Notes: generated from the sequence alone by a model not told the origin. A DNA stretch of 64,000 bases from Acutalibacteraceae bacterium (GCA_045538515.1 JAZSRO010000089.1:22840-86839); one strand, 5' to 3'. Counted from the first letter of the stretch, positions 9,238-19,412 are shown. Made by a program: numbers and translations.

Positions 9238-9264
9238 AAAAGCGTCCTTCGGGACGCTTTTTTT
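9236..9264. terminator. Bidirectional rho-independent terminator
   Basis: AGCGTCC-TTCG-GGACGCT (9241-9258) with an A-run before and a T-run after. Confidence 0.85.
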
Positions 9265-10015
9265 AATGAAGTAATACATCACTTACAAGCATAACACAGA
9301 AGCCGACAAGCAGTGCGTAGGTCGCACCGCGCTCGTTACCGTGGGCGTGTGTTTCGGGTATCATCTCGTCACTTATGACATAAAGCATTGTGCCACCCGC
9401 AAAACTTAAAGCGAAGGGCAAAATTGCGGTAGAAACACTGACGGCAAAATAACCGAGCAGAGTTCCCAAAACTTCAACAAGCCCTGTAAGTGCGGCGGCT
9501 ATAAAGGTCTTTTTCGGGGACACCCCGACCGCGAGCATAGGTCCTATAATAACCATACCCTCGGGTATATTCTGCAGCGCGATACCTCCCGCTATTAAAA
9601 ATGCTTGACCGCTGTCGCCCGAGCCAAAGCCGACACCTGCGGCAATTCCCTCGGGCAGATTGTGAATAGCGATTGCCATAAGAAAAAGCAGTACGCGGGA
9701 AAGTTCGGTCTTTTGGTGGTTCTCTATATCATCACCCACCATTTTATGTAGGTGAGGTACGATTTTATCAATAAGATTAAGACAGAGTGCACCCGCAAAA
9801 ATGCCGAGTATTGCCCACGCGAGTCCCCATTTTCCACCCGATTCTACGGCGGGCAGAATGAGTCCGATTACGGCGGCGGCGAGCATTACACCCGCAGCAA
9901 ATGACAGCACTATATCCGAAAACCGATGTGATATTTTCTTGAACGCAAAGCCGACAAGCGCACCGAAAACCGTTGCACCGCCTACGCCCAGCGCCGTAAT
10001 TAACACCATTTCCAT
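9263..10015 (-). CDS. ZIP-family divalent metal (zinc) transporter
   Basis: Start chosen at MEMVLITALGVGG (10015). The protein is multi-pass, with HNLPEGIA and LQNIPEGM motifs typical of ZupT/ZIP permeases. Confidence 0.8.
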   Translation of the reverse strand: MEMVLITALGVGGATVFGALVGFAFKKISHRFSDIVLSFAAGVMLAAAVIGLILPAVESGGKWGLAWAILGIFAGALCLNLIDKIVPHLHKMVGDDIENHQKTELSRVLLFLMAIAIHNLPEGIAAGVGFGSGDSGQAFLIAGGIALQNIPEGMVIIGPMLAVGVSPKKTFIAAALTGLVEVLGTLLGYFAVSVSTAILPFALSFAGGTMLYVISDEMIPETHAHGNERGATYALLVGFCVMLVSDVLLH

Positions 10016-10020
10016 AATTT

Positions 10021-10821
10021 TTACGGGCGAAGTCCCATTCCGCCCTCGAGCGTCAGGGTTTCGCCATTCATATATTTGAAATCGGGGGAAGCCAGTTGTA
10101 CACAAACGCGTCCGATTTCAAGTTCTGCATCGCCGTAGTGACCGGCGGGTGGCATTTTAACATTTGCCTTGAACGCATCAGGATATGCTTTTTCAAACTG
10201 CTCAAGTTGCGCAGTCCAGGCAAGCGGACAAATAACATTTGTGTTTATTCCGTCCTTTGCCCATTCGGTTGCGGCAACGCGTGAGAGTCCGCGTATACCC
10301 TCTTTTGCGGCGGCATAGGAACACTGACCGTAATTACCGAAAAGTCCCGCGCCCGATGCAAAGTTTATAATACTGCCCTTTGTTTCCTTGAGATAAGGGT
10401 AACAGGCTTTCATATAATAAAAAGCAGCGTAAAGTCCCGAATACATAGCAAGGTCAAACTGCTCTGTTGTGTGGTCCTGAATCGGCACACCCGAAGCAGA
10501 TGCCTGTGCGTTGTTTATAAGCACATCAACTCTTCCAAACTCGGCTATTGCCTTTTCGACAACGCCCTTTGCAGTAGCCTCATTATCGGCGCCTGCATTT
10601 ATATCTGCGGCAAGGGCCAAAACTTTTATTCCATAAAGACTTTCAAGTTCTTCTTTGGCTTTCTCGAGTTTTTTAACATTTCTACCTGTTATTACAAGGT
10701 TTGCACCCTCTTTTGCGTAGGCGGTTGCAATTCCGTAGCCGATAGAGCCACATCTTCCGTCCTCAAGCGCGGCGTAACCTGCACCTGTTATTATTGCGGT
10801 TTTTCCTTTAAGAAAACTCAT
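10021..10821 (-). CDS. SDR-family short-chain dehydrogenase/reductase
   Basis: KTAIITGAG...GYGIA cofactor motif, NNAQ, and a Ser-YxxxK set (SYAAAKEG). AAGAGG ribosome-binding site. Confidence 0.85.
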   Translation of the reverse strand: MSFLKGKTAIITGAGYAALEDGRCGSIGYGIATAYAKEGANLVITGRNVKKLEKAKEELESLYGIKVLALAADINAGADNEATAKGVVEKAIAEFGRVDVLINNAQASASGVPIQDHTTEQFDLAMYSGLYAAFYYMKACYPYLKETKGSIINFASGAGLFGNYGQCSYAAAKEGIRGLSRVAATEWAKDGINTNVICPLAWTAQLEQFEKAYPDAFKANVKMPPAGHYGDAELEIGRVCVQLASPDFKYMNGETLTLEGGMGLRP

Positions 10822-10881
10822 ATTTTAACCTCTTTCATTTTTAGTGTGTTTATTTTATCATACACCGATTTATATGTCAAT

Positions 10882-10910
10882 AAAAGCCACATCAAAAAGA
10901 TGTGGCTTTT
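10882..10910 (-). terminator. Rho-independent terminator after the Gfo/Idh/MocA gene
   Basis: AAAAGCCACATC-AAAAA-GATGTGGCTTTT. Confidence 0.75.
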
Positions 10911-10914
10911 ATTT

Positions 10915-12186
10915 CTATTCTAACTCTTTTGCTTTGTTAGCCTCTGATTCGGCTAAAAGACGCATAAAGTTTTCTTTTTGTTCTTCGCTTGGTGCATAGT
11001 TGGGATGGCTGCAGCAAGGCACTGTGGGCGCTCTGCCATCCGAATACCAGAACGGTGAATCGTTATCGTTTTCGTACTTTACTCTATCCTCTTCTAGTCT
11101 GAAGTCAGGAATATCATACGGAACACCGCGCTCCATCATACTTCTGTAAGCCATAATGGCAACGGCAGACAGTCTTGTTGCAAAATACACATCAAACGGG
11201 TGCGGTTTGTTTTCGCGGATGGATTCAAAGAAATCACGGACTACAAAGAAGTCGCCGCCGCCGTGACCTGACGCTTTAATAAGTTCTTCATCCTTATCGT
11301 TGATTTCGGGCATATAGTAATTTACACATTCTTTGTCTTCGGGTTTGTCCCATTTATTATAGCGAAGCATTATTTTGCCGCCCGAACCGCGAACATTCTC
11401 AACCATTCCCTTTTCGCCACAGATGCGGTAAGAGTTATCACTCGCACCGAAAGACGAGTTTGCAACAAACTTAAATACCGAATCGTTATCGTTAAGGGTT
11501 GTTATAATTGCCGCCTTATCTCCGCAGTTAGATGCTGCATTAGAGTCACGCGGAACGGGAGAGAAAACAGGCATTGCCGTAACACGAACAGGATTTGCGC
11601 CTGTTGCATACATAATGGGCGCCAGTGAATGTGTTACATAATATGTACGGGGCAGGAAGAGGCGCCAGTGCTTGTCGCCATCATAGAGAGTTGCCTTTTC
11701 CCCTGCACCTTCATACGGGTCGCTCGCATGGTTATATTCTCCCTCTGCGTAAATGAGTTTGCCGAGGGTGCCTTCATCGCAAATTCTCTTCATTTCGCGG
11801 TTAAAGGTCATATACGGATAGTTTTCCGCAAGCATATAAATTGCATCCGATTTTTCTGCCGCACGAACAAGTTTTACAGCATCCGCAAGGGTTGCGGCGG
11901 CTGTACATTCACTCAAAACATGAATACCTTTCTCAAGGCAACGAACGGCATACTCCGCATGTTCGTGGAAATAGTTTGCAAGTAACACAGCGTCCATGGG
12001 ATGCTCAATAAACTCATCAAAATTATCGTATACTGCAACTTTCCCAAGTCTTTTTACAGCCTCTTTTGCGCGTCTTTCGTGCTTTTCACAAATTGCCACG
12101 ATATCGCCGTTGTTGGCAAGGATGTTGTCAAAAAATGTACTTCCTCTGTCGACACCGAAGATACCTATGCGTATTTTTTTGCTCAT
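10915..12186 (-). CDS. Gfo/Idh/MocA-family NAD(P)-dependent oxidoreductase
   Basis: N-terminal IRIGIFGVDRGSTF Rossmann strand and an EKHERRAKEA segment. The fold-typical EC..A..L.DA and GEYNH regions are present. GGAGGAG ribosome-binding site. Confidence 0.75.
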   Translation of the reverse strand: MSKKIRIGIFGVDRGSTFFDNILANNGDIVAICEKHERRAKEAVKRLGKVAVYDNFDEFIEHPMDAVLLANYFHEHAEYAVRCLEKGIHVLSECTAAATLADAVKLVRAAEKSDAIYMLAENYPYMTFNREMKRICDEGTLGKLIYAEGEYNHASDPYEGAGEKATLYDGDKHWRLFLPRTYYVTHSLAPIMYATGANPVRVTAMPVFSPVPRDSNAASNCGDKAAIITTLNDNDSVFKFVANSSFGASDNSYRICGEKGMVENVRGSGGKIMLRYNKWDKPEDKECVNYYMPEINDKDEELIKASGHGGGDFFVVRDFFESIRENKPHPFDVYFATRLSAVAIMAYRSMMERGVPYDIPDFRLEEDRVKYENDNDSPFWYSDGRAPTVPCCSHPNYAPSEEQKENFMRLLAESEANKAKELE

Positions 12187-12293
12187 TTTATTCTCCTCCG
12201 TTTTCGTTAGATAAGAATTACGCTGTTATGATAACGCAAAAAAATAGCAATGTAAATAGAAAAAAGTTATATATTTATGTGATTTTTCCACTT

Positions 12294-13100
12294 TTACAGA
12301 GTTTTTGTCCACACTGCCGCCAACCTTACCCATTCGGCAATTCTCTTGTTATTCCATTTTTTGTTGCCGCACTCGGTAATTTCATTTCCAAGCGCAACAC
12401 CGTGCGGTGCATCGGGGAAAATATGAAGTTCAAACTGTTTATTTGCATCCCTCAGCGCCGTTGCGAGTAAAAGTGAATTCTTTACATTCACCAATTCATC
12501 GTTAGATGTGTGCATCATAAATATTGGTGAAGTTTTTTCATCAACCGCTAAATCAACACTCAAATATTTTAGTTGTTCTTCTGTTGGGGTGTCTGTACAC
12601 AAAAGGTTTTTGAAACTACCGGTATGCGCTGCAGACTCTATACCGTTTACAACGGGATAACAGAGTATTGCGCCTGTAGGTTTATTATAACCAAACGGCA
12701 TCGATACCGCGTCATAAACCTCTTTCCTATGCCACATTGTTGCAATACTTCCCGCAAGATGTCCACCCGCGGAAAAACCCACAACAAAAATTTTATCCTT
12801 ATCAATGCCGTATTTTTGGGCATTATCTTTTATGTGTTTAATAGCCAGAGATACCTCTATTAATTGCGCGGGATAGGGGCGCTTTCTCGCCACAGAATAC
12901 CTAAGCACAAACGTGTTAAACCCGTACGGCATAAATGCCTCGGCAATCGGCTCCCCCTCGCGCGGGGCAATAGAGCCATAACCGCCACCCGGAATCACAA
13001 GCATTGCGCTACGGGTAAATCCCTCCATAGCAGTTGCAACATAAGAGTCTAAATAGACGCTTTTATCGTCTTCTCTTAAAAAAGTTCTCGCGCTTATCAT
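12294..13100 (-). CDS. Alpha/beta-hydrolase carbohydrate esterase (acetyl/feruloyl esterase-like)
   Basis: Oxyanion PGGGYG, nucleophile elbow GFSAGGHLA, then MMHTSNDELV and PHG. There is no signal peptide. Confidence 0.7.
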   Translation of the reverse strand: MISARTFLREDDKSVYLDSYVATAMEGFTRSAMLVIPGGGYGSIAPREGEPIAEAFMPYGFNTFVLRYSVARKRPYPAQLIEVSLAIKHIKDNAQKYGIDKDKIFVVGFSAGGHLAGSIATMWHRKEVYDAVSMPFGYNKPTGAILCYPVVNGIESAAHTGSFKNLLCTDTPTEEQLKYLSVDLAVDEKTSPIFMMHTSNDELVNVKNSLLLATALRDANKQFELHIFPDAPHGVALGNEITECGNKKWNNKRIAEWVRLAAVWTKTL

Positions 13101-14161
13101 AAAATCCCCTCCAGAAGTTTACCCACTGTTTTTGCCATACTTAAAAATCCGCTGTCGTTAGGATGGGCGGTATCAACAAGAGCTGTCTCCCAGGTATCTT
13201 CTGTAAGTAAATCCGGTCCCGCTATAAAATAGACATTGTTGTCCCCTGCCGCTTTGGCATTTTTATAGGTATTATGTATTATTTCCATTCTTTGCTTTTC
13301 AAGCGGTGTTAAATGCGCTTTGGGACGCGATAACATTATAATCGGCAGGTGGGGTTGCGCCTTCCTTACAGTCTTAAACATTTTTTCGTGGGTGGCTGCA
13401 AGATGTTCAACGTTCGGAGCGTTATAGTCATAGTCATACACGAAAGCCGACATTGAAAGCCCCGCTATATACTCTGCAATTTCCTGTTCTCCCTTTGCGT
13501 TGCCTGAAAAACCTAAATTTAGAATTTCGGTATCAAGTACGCGCGAAATTATTAAAGGATATATGTTGCCCGGTCTTGATGCGGCAATTCCATGTGTTAT
13601 CGAACTTCCGTAAAATACAACGGGCTTTTCGGTTTTATATGCCCTTGGTTCCTTTATATAGCAGTCTGCATCTATGCCGATATAAACCTTAGTCACGGGT
13701 GAATAAATGGGGAAATTGATTGTGACGAGGCGCTCTTTACGGTCTTTTTGCGGAAAGTCTATTACACTTTCATATCCCTCTTTCACTACCGAGGGTGGCA
13801 TAAATGTACCCACACATCTTTGTCCCTCGCCCTCATCTGCGTACATATCAAAACCCGCTACACAGGCAAATGTAATATTTGCCCACGCAGACGCTTCCGA
13901 TGCGTTTTCCCTCACAGAGATTGCAACATAAGGACTATCCGTAACGAAACGAATGCGCCCACCCGTTGCGCTGGTGTTAAGTACCGACACACCGTCATTA
14001 ACCGTATCGGCAACTGTTTGCGGCATACGGCAGAAAACGCCATTTTCTTTTATTATTCCGTGTATAGAAAACGGCGCTTCTTCTGCATCATAAAACTTTA
14101 TGTTTTCGCGGTCAATATTTGTCTTGAAGTCAAGGTTTTTGTCTATTTTTTTAATATCCAC
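13097..14161 (-). CDS. SGNH hydrolase with an N-terminal GxDLY-type beta-sandwich domain (carbohydrate esterase)
   Basis: GFDMY motif in the N-terminal domain. The C-terminal half carries FYGSSITHG (block I), GFSGNAKG and DTAHPND (DxxH). Confidence 0.7.
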   Translation of the reverse strand: MDIKKIDKNLDFKTNIDRENIKFYDAEEAPFSIHGIIKENGVFCRMPQTVADTVNDGVSVLNTSATGGRIRFVTDSPYVAISVRENASEASAWANITFACVAGFDMYADEGEGQRCVGTFMPPSVVKEGYESVIDFPQKDRKERLVTINFPIYSPVTKVYIGIDADCYIKEPRAYKTEKPVVFYGSSITHGIAASRPGNIYPLIISRVLDTEILNLGFSGNAKGEQEIAEYIAGLSMSAFVYDYDYNAPNVEHLAATHEKMFKTVRKAQPHLPIIMLSRPKAHLTPLEKQRMEIIHNTYKNAKAAGDNNVYFIAGPDLLTEDTWETALVDTAHPNDSGFLSMAKTVGKLLEGIL

Positions 14162-14901
14162 TACTTTAACTCCTTAAAATTATCATATATAAACTCTGCC
14201 ATTATTTTTGCCGCTTTTGGCATTGGATGACAGGCATCTCCGTGACCGAAAAGCCAGTCGCCGTGGCCATAGTTATCTGCTTTTGGGTCGTAGTGTTTTG
14301 TCCACAAATCATAGGTATCTATCATTAAGAGATTCTTTTCTTTAACAATCTCATATGTGCGATAAACATATTCGCGTATGCTATCACCATTGGTGGTGGC
14401 GGTCAATACTATGAGTTCTGCCTGTGGTTCGGTTTCCATCAGTTTATCAAGCATTTCACTATACTGTACCTTGAACACATCATTTGTTACATATTTCTTT
14501 GGGTCGGGCATTAATGCATCGTTAATGCCGAACATTGTAAATATAAAATCCGAACGGGTGCCGCACGGCAAAACTCCCGTATAGTCAGAAAAACGGTTCA
14601 TTGCGCGCAAAACGGTGTTTCCGCCAACGCCCGAACGCAGTACGTTTATTCTGCCATTATCTCCGTCTTGCACCAAAACTTCATCATATCCGTCAAGGGG
14701 TTTTACTTCGCCCACCACTTTGCCGTCATAGCGGACAATTTTCGCATCCGCGAACTCAGCCGCCAAGCAATTTGTAAAATATGCGACAAAAGTTTCTTCA
14801 CTTGTCGAGTGGCCTGTTGTTCCCTGTGTTATACTGTCACCAACAAAAGTCAGTGTAACGGTTTCGCCGTTTTCAATTTTTCTTTTAATTTTATTTAACA
14901 T
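14161..14901 (-). CDS. SGNH/GDSL hydrolase (esterase)
   Basis: FVGDSITQG, GVGGNT, FGINDA and GDACHP blocks. Confidence 0.8.
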   Translation of the reverse strand: MLNKIKRKIENGETVTLTFVGDSITQGTTGHSTSEETFVAYFTNCLAAEFADAKIVRYDGKVVGEVKPLDGYDEVLVQDGDNGRINVLRSGVGGNTVLRAMNRFSDYTGVLPCGTRSDFIFTMFGINDALMPDPKKYVTNDVFKVQYSEMLDKLMETEPQAELIVLTATTNGDSIREYVYRTYEIVKEKNLLMIDTYDLWTKHYDPKADNYGHGDWLFGHGDACHPMPKAAKIMAEFIYDNFKELK

Positions 14902-15194
14902 TTTCCCGCATCTTTATCAAGTTTATAGTTTCTTACATACAAAATAAGGTCTATACCAACCATTATGAGATTGAGCACATAGAAGAAAAGCACATACCAC
15001 TTTTCCGCGAAAGCCGCCATATATGCCTCGTTTACAAGTTTGGATGCGATACCCGCTATGTAGCCAAAGAAAATAAGACACAAAAATGGTAAACTTTTGC
15101 CCTTTGTTGTTCGTGCTTTATATGATTTCATCACATTAAGCGGCCAAGAAGCACCAAAACTTACCACCATTATAATTTCTAAAATTTCTGCCAT
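14895..15194 (-). CDS. Small 3-TM membrane protein, PQ-loop / SemiSWEET-like
   Basis: 99 aa with three predicted helices. TM1 ends in WPLNVMKSYKARTTKGKSL, which resembles the PQ-loop K..K.k...g.S pattern. It is translationally coupled inside the esterase/GH78 operon. Confidence 0.45.
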   Translation of the reverse strand: MAEILEIIMVVSFGASWPLNVMKSYKARTTKGKSLPFLCLIFFGYIAGIASKLVNEAYMAAFAEKWYVLFFYVLNLIMVGIDLILYVRNYKLDKDAGKC

Positions 15195-15200
15195 TTTTAA

Positions 15201-17390
15201 TTACTCCTTTATATTAAATATATTTTCTCCTGCAGGGAGTTTTTTCCCTTTATAATAAACTTCCATTCCCTTTGGAACAGAAAATTTAAGATTAATTTCG
15301 CCTTTTACTCTTTCCCATTCTACCAATATTTTGCCAAAATGCGTATCGGTGCTTCCCCTTACAAAGTTTAGTTCTTTTGGGAAGAACGGTTTAATTTCTG
15401 CCTTTGCAAAACCTACTCCGATACAGTTTATGCCGAGTATGTTTTTCACAATCCAGGACATAAAGTCCGAATACATATGATGGTTTTTAGAATCGATATG
15501 CTTATAGTGCGGCCAATATTCCCAAAGCGTTGTGGCGCCTTGCTCTATCCATTCGCGATAGGACGGAATACCTCTGCTCATTAGAATTTTATATGCCGTT
15601 TCACTTTCGCCTATCATCGTTAGTGCGTGGAAAAGCCTTCTCATTCCCACCATTCCGCAGTCGTGGTGGTAATCCTTTTCGGCTATGAGCCGCAACAGTT
15701 GCGCTTTTAGTGGATCAACATCGTCATAAACACCGTAATATATAAGCATCGCTACCGATGTTTGTCTATCCGATTTGCAGGTGCCGTCTTTTGCTATGTA
15801 GGTGGATTTCACAAGGTTTTTAAGTTCCTCTGCTGCCTTAACATGCCGTGTATAGTCGTATCCTGCAATTTCTGCGGCAAGGGCGGCTATGTTGTGAAAA
15901 TGCATTAAAAGCAACGCGTTTATAAGTTCAATCGGCACTAAGTCTACATCTTCGGGTGTTTCAAACTGCGGTCTTGCCCAGTCGTCAAGTCCAAAACGGA
16001 TAAAACCGTCCTTATCTGTGCGGCTTTTAAGATAATCAAAATATTTTATAAAGAACGGATATGAACTTACAAGTGGTTCTTTATCCCCCGTGTGCAGATA
16101 GAGTCTATAAGGAATTTCGAACAACACACCGTCCGACACAGGCCCGTTGCCCCAACTGTAACCCCAACCCGCCGTTGGAATGATTCCCGGCATTTCGCCG
16201 TCATCGTGAACTGTATCGTGAATATCCTGCAACCACTTACGGAAAAATCGTTCGCTTTCAAAGTTGCAAAGGATTTGCTCTGCCGAACTTTGCGCATCAT
16301 TCGTCCAACCAAGTTTTTCACGCGTGGGACAATCGGTCAGTGCGTAGAACATATTTGAATAAACCGAATACACGCCAGCGTGCCACAAATTATTAAGAAA
16401 TTCGTCCGAACATTCAAATTCGGTTCGCAACTTTACATCTTGATGAACGAAAACGCCGTAAACTTCTGCTTCGGTTTCGCTTTTTAATCCGTCTATTTCT
16501 ATAAACTGAAAACCGTGGTAACAAAAACGGGGCGACCAAGTAATTTCCTCGCCCGAACAAATAAATTTATCGGTCTGAAACTCGGTTTTTGGATAATGGC
16601 GCGCCATATCGTTAAGTTCCAAACTAAAATCGTCTTTTACCTGTTCTGCATATTTAATTGTGAGGACTTGCCCGCTTTCGCCTTTAATTTTAAGACGAAT
16701 GTAACCCGATATATTTTGACCTATATCAAACAGGTATTTTTCCTTTCCCGTTTTGGCAACCATCTTACCCCTAAAAACTTCACATTCGCGTATGGGTTCA
16801 CAAAGACATTCGCGAAAAGTGCCGAGTGGCTGTGTGTCGGCTACCGCCTGTTCCCAACCGCTGTCGTCAAAGTCGGATTGTGTCCATTTTTCGTCAAAAA
16901 GCCGCGCATCGAAATGTTCGCCGCTGCGCAGAGCATTAAACCGGATGGGACCATTAACTGTGCAACGCCAACTCTCGTCCGATTGCAATACAGCTTCACC
17001 ATCGACCGACAGTTTTAATATGAATTTTGGCACATCGCGCCAAGCGGCTTTATCAAAATCCCACGAGGACGGCATATCTTCGTTATACCAACCGTTTCCG
17101 CACCATACGGCAAAGGTGTTTTCGCCTTTTTTTAGTAGATGAGAAACGTCGTAAACATTATACCAAAGCGTTTTTTGATAATCGCTTACGGGGGCGGTAA
17201 ACTTATCCTCTGTTACAAGTGCACCATTTATATAATAATATCCATAACCTAAACCGCAAACATAGAGTTTTGCGTTTTCGGTATTATCTAAAAAAACCTT
17301 TTTGCGAAAGCGCGGTGCGTAGTTTCTATGTGTAAACTCTTTTTCTAACGCTCTATTCGGTTTTATAAAGGTTATATCCTTAAAAAACAT
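15201..17390 (-). CDS. GH78 alpha-L-rhamnosidase (intracellular)
   Basis: The N-terminal APRFRKKVFL...KLYVCGLGYGYYYINGALV pattern and the family motif LTDCPTREKLGWTNDAQ are present. There is no signal peptide. Confidence 0.85.
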   Translation of the reverse strand: MFFKDITFIKPNRALEKEFTHRNYAPRFRKKVFLDNTENAKLYVCGLGYGYYYINGALVTEDKFTAPVSDYQKTLWYNVYDVSHLLKKGENTFAVWCGNGWYNEDMPSSWDFDKAAWRDVPKFILKLSVDGEAVLQSDESWRCTVNGPIRFNALRSGEHFDARLFDEKWTQSDFDDSGWEQAVADTQPLGTFRECLCEPIRECEVFRGKMVAKTGKEKYLFDIGQNISGYIRLKIKGESGQVLTIKYAEQVKDDFSLELNDMARHYPKTEFQTDKFICSGEEITWSPRFCYHGFQFIEIDGLKSETEAEVYGVFVHQDVKLRTEFECSDEFLNNLWHAGVYSVYSNMFYALTDCPTREKLGWTNDAQSSAEQILCNFESERFFRKWLQDIHDTVHDDGEMPGIIPTAGWGYSWGNGPVSDGVLFEIPYRLYLHTGDKEPLVSSYPFFIKYFDYLKSRTDKDGFIRFGLDDWARPQFETPEDVDLVPIELINALLLMHFHNIAALAAEIAGYDYTRHVKAAEELKNLVKSTYIAKDGTCKSDRQTSVAMLIYYGVYDDVDPLKAQLLRLIAEKDYHHDCGMVGMRRLFHALTMIGESETAYKILMSRGIPSYREWIEQGATTLWEYWPHYKHIDSKNHHMYSDFMSWIVKNILGINCIGVGFAKAEIKPFFPKELNFVRGSTDTHFGKILVEWERVKGEINLKFSVPKGMEVYYKGKKLPAGENIFNIKE

Positions 17391-17403
17391 ATGTTTCTCC
17401 TAT

Positions 17404-17442
17404 AAACACCCACACCGTCGGTTTTCGGCAGTGTGGGTGTTT
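17404..17442 (-). terminator. Strong hairpin between the two GH78-type genes (terminator or attenuator)
   Basis: AAACACCCACAC (17404-17415) pairs with GTGTGGGTGTTT (17431-17442). It sits in the 57-bp gap between the genes. Confidence 0.6.
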
Positions 17443-17447
17443 ATGCT

Positions 17448-19388
17448 TTATTCGTAATACTTAGGCGTTTTATCGGTATAGTTAAGAACGTGATAATAGC
17501 AAATAGGCATTGCGCTCCAACCGTGGCTCTTACTGCCGGCTTCATCCTTAGCCTTGACATAATCGTAATCATATTCCCAGAATGACGTTGCGCCGTCATC
17601 AAGCATCTTCTTGTACTCAGTACGGATATTGCTTAGAATATAATCGTTATATTCGTTTCCGCAAGCCTTTATGAGAGCATCATACTTGAAACCAATCATG
17701 CTAAGGCTTATGGGTGTGAAACCGTTGTCCTTATCGCCGAGTTTGTGTGCGAGTGCTACCGCCTCTTCACCCACAATAGCGTCAGATAGAATTGCAAGTG
17801 CGTTAACAAGGTCACTTGCTCTGTCATCAATACTGCTGTTTACGAAAACCTTACGCTCTTTATCGTAAAGTTTTTTGTAAATTTCTTTGCGTATATTCTC
17901 TGCTATCTCGTCATAATTATCTGTTTTTCCGAGCATTGCGCCCATCTTATGCATAAGACGAAGCGCTATGACAAGCAAACAGTTCATTGCGGTGTCAAAC
18001 TTATCGTCATCCTCTTTCAAAAGTTTACCATCAAGACCGTCACGCCACTCATAGAAATTCCACTGGTACTTATCTCTAAAAGCGCGAATAAGATTGTCTT
18101 CCAGCAGTGACAGAAAGACCTTTATTATGGTTTCAAGACGCGGATAGGTTTCTTCTATCAGCGTTATATCTTTTGAATGCACCGTATACTCATAGGTCTG
18201 TATAATATAGAAAAGCGCAAACGTGGTAATTCCGAGTATTGATCCTGTGGGACAGGTAATATTCAAAAGCCCGTCTTCGCGCCTGTCTTTGCTCATAAGC
18301 AAAAGATTTGAACGCGGGAAAGCATATTCCTTGAAAGCATAGTATCCACAAAGCATCTGATTGCGGGAGTCAAGCGCATAAAGTGCTTGCTCACGATACG
18401 GTGTGTCTTCATAGTGGTCGTGCGCACAAACCTCAAGTGTATGGGCGCAAACGTCATATATACGTCTGTCAAGTTCGTCTGGCAGTTCATACGGTGCCTT
18501 TGTAAAGGTATAATAAGCAGGAACAAGCGACAGCATTTCAACCTTTACAGGTGTTTTTGAAATTACGCCGAGATAACGCGTTCCGCAACGCAAGAAGGGA
18601 TTAAAATAGGTGTTTTTACCTTTGCGAAGTTTGAATTCGTAACTATAGTTACGGTTACAACTCTTAAGGTATATGATTTTATTGTCACGCACGATTTCAT
18701 CAAAGACAACAAGTATAGTTTGTTCAACGGGCGAATCGATAGTAAAGGTCAGATAACCTGTTTCTTCGCGTCCTAAATCAAAAATTGGTCCCTCTGCACC
18801 CTCAATATAGGTGGATTTTATCGGTTCTTTGCCAATATCCATCTTCTTTATAGGACGGATAAACATAGGCAAATCCTGCTCTACGATATCGCTTTTCTCA
18901 AAGCCGTCTCCCTCACCGTTTATCCAATTATCCTCTTTTGTGAAGTCGTAACTGTAACTAAATCGAATCTGTCCTGTCAAGAAACGGCAAAGACCGTTTT
19001 GATATGTAGGACTAATGCGCGACAAGGTATTTTCCGATGATTCGGCAATGAGTTTGCCGTCACCGTAAACCTCATAACGCAAAGATGCGTTACCGGGGTA
19101 ATAACTGTAATGCTCAACGTTGCCAAAGTGCCAAACGGCAATGGCGAGGGTGTTCTTGCCCTGTTTGCAGTATGGGGTCAAATCAATCTCGTCATACACC
19201 TTATACCAAGGAAAATCGGGATACTGCCCCAAATCTACAAACTCGCCATTGAGGTAAACTACATAGGTTGAATCGGAAGAAATCTCCAGTTTAGCATCTT
19301 TACCATCAAAATTGAATGTATCTAAAAATTCGCAGTAAATATCTTTTTCGTATTCGCTGTTTTTCCAAATCCATTTTGATGTTTTCAT
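17448..19388 (-). CDS. GH78-related six-hairpin glycosidase (rhamnosidase-like, divergent)
   Basis: Start at MKTSKWIW. It has the rhamnosidase-type N-terminal pattern (AKLEISSDSTYVVYLNGEFV) and a degenerate catalytic-domain motif YEDTPYREQALYALDSRNQ. Confidence 0.6.
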   Translation of the reverse strand: MKTSKWIWKNSEYEKDIYCEFLDTFNFDGKDAKLEISSDSTYVVYLNGEFVDLGQYPDFPWYKVYDEIDLTPYCKQGKNTLAIAVWHFGNVEHYSYYPGNASLRYEVYGDGKLIAESSENTLSRISPTYQNGLCRFLTGQIRFSYSYDFTKEDNWINGEGDGFEKSDIVEQDLPMFIRPIKKMDIGKEPIKSTYIEGAEGPIFDLGREETGYLTFTIDSPVEQTILVVFDEIVRDNKIIYLKSCNRNYSYEFKLRKGKNTYFNPFLRCGTRYLGVISKTPVKVEMLSLVPAYYTFTKAPYELPDELDRRIYDVCAHTLEVCAHDHYEDTPYREQALYALDSRNQMLCGYYAFKEYAFPRSNLLLMSKDRREDGLLNITCPTGSILGITTFALFYIIQTYEYTVHSKDITLIEETYPRLETIIKVFLSLLEDNLIRAFRDKYQWNFYEWRDGLDGKLLKEDDDKFDTAMNCLLVIALRLMHKMGAMLGKTDNYDEIAENIRKEIYKKLYDKERKVFVNSSIDDRASDLVNALAILSDAIVGEEAVALAHKLGDKDNGFTPISLSMIGFKYDALIKACGNEYNDYILSNIRTEYKKMLDDGATSFWEYDYDYVKAKDEAGSKSHGWSAMPICYYHVLNYTDKTPKYYE

Positions 19389-19412
19389 AATATCACCCTT
19401 TTTGCTTTGCAA

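Noticed and set aside
17404-17442. A riboswitch or leader between the two GH78-type genes
   Set aside because: The gap holds only a single strong hairpin in 57 bp and has no room for an aptamer. I annotated it as a terminator/attenuator hairpin.
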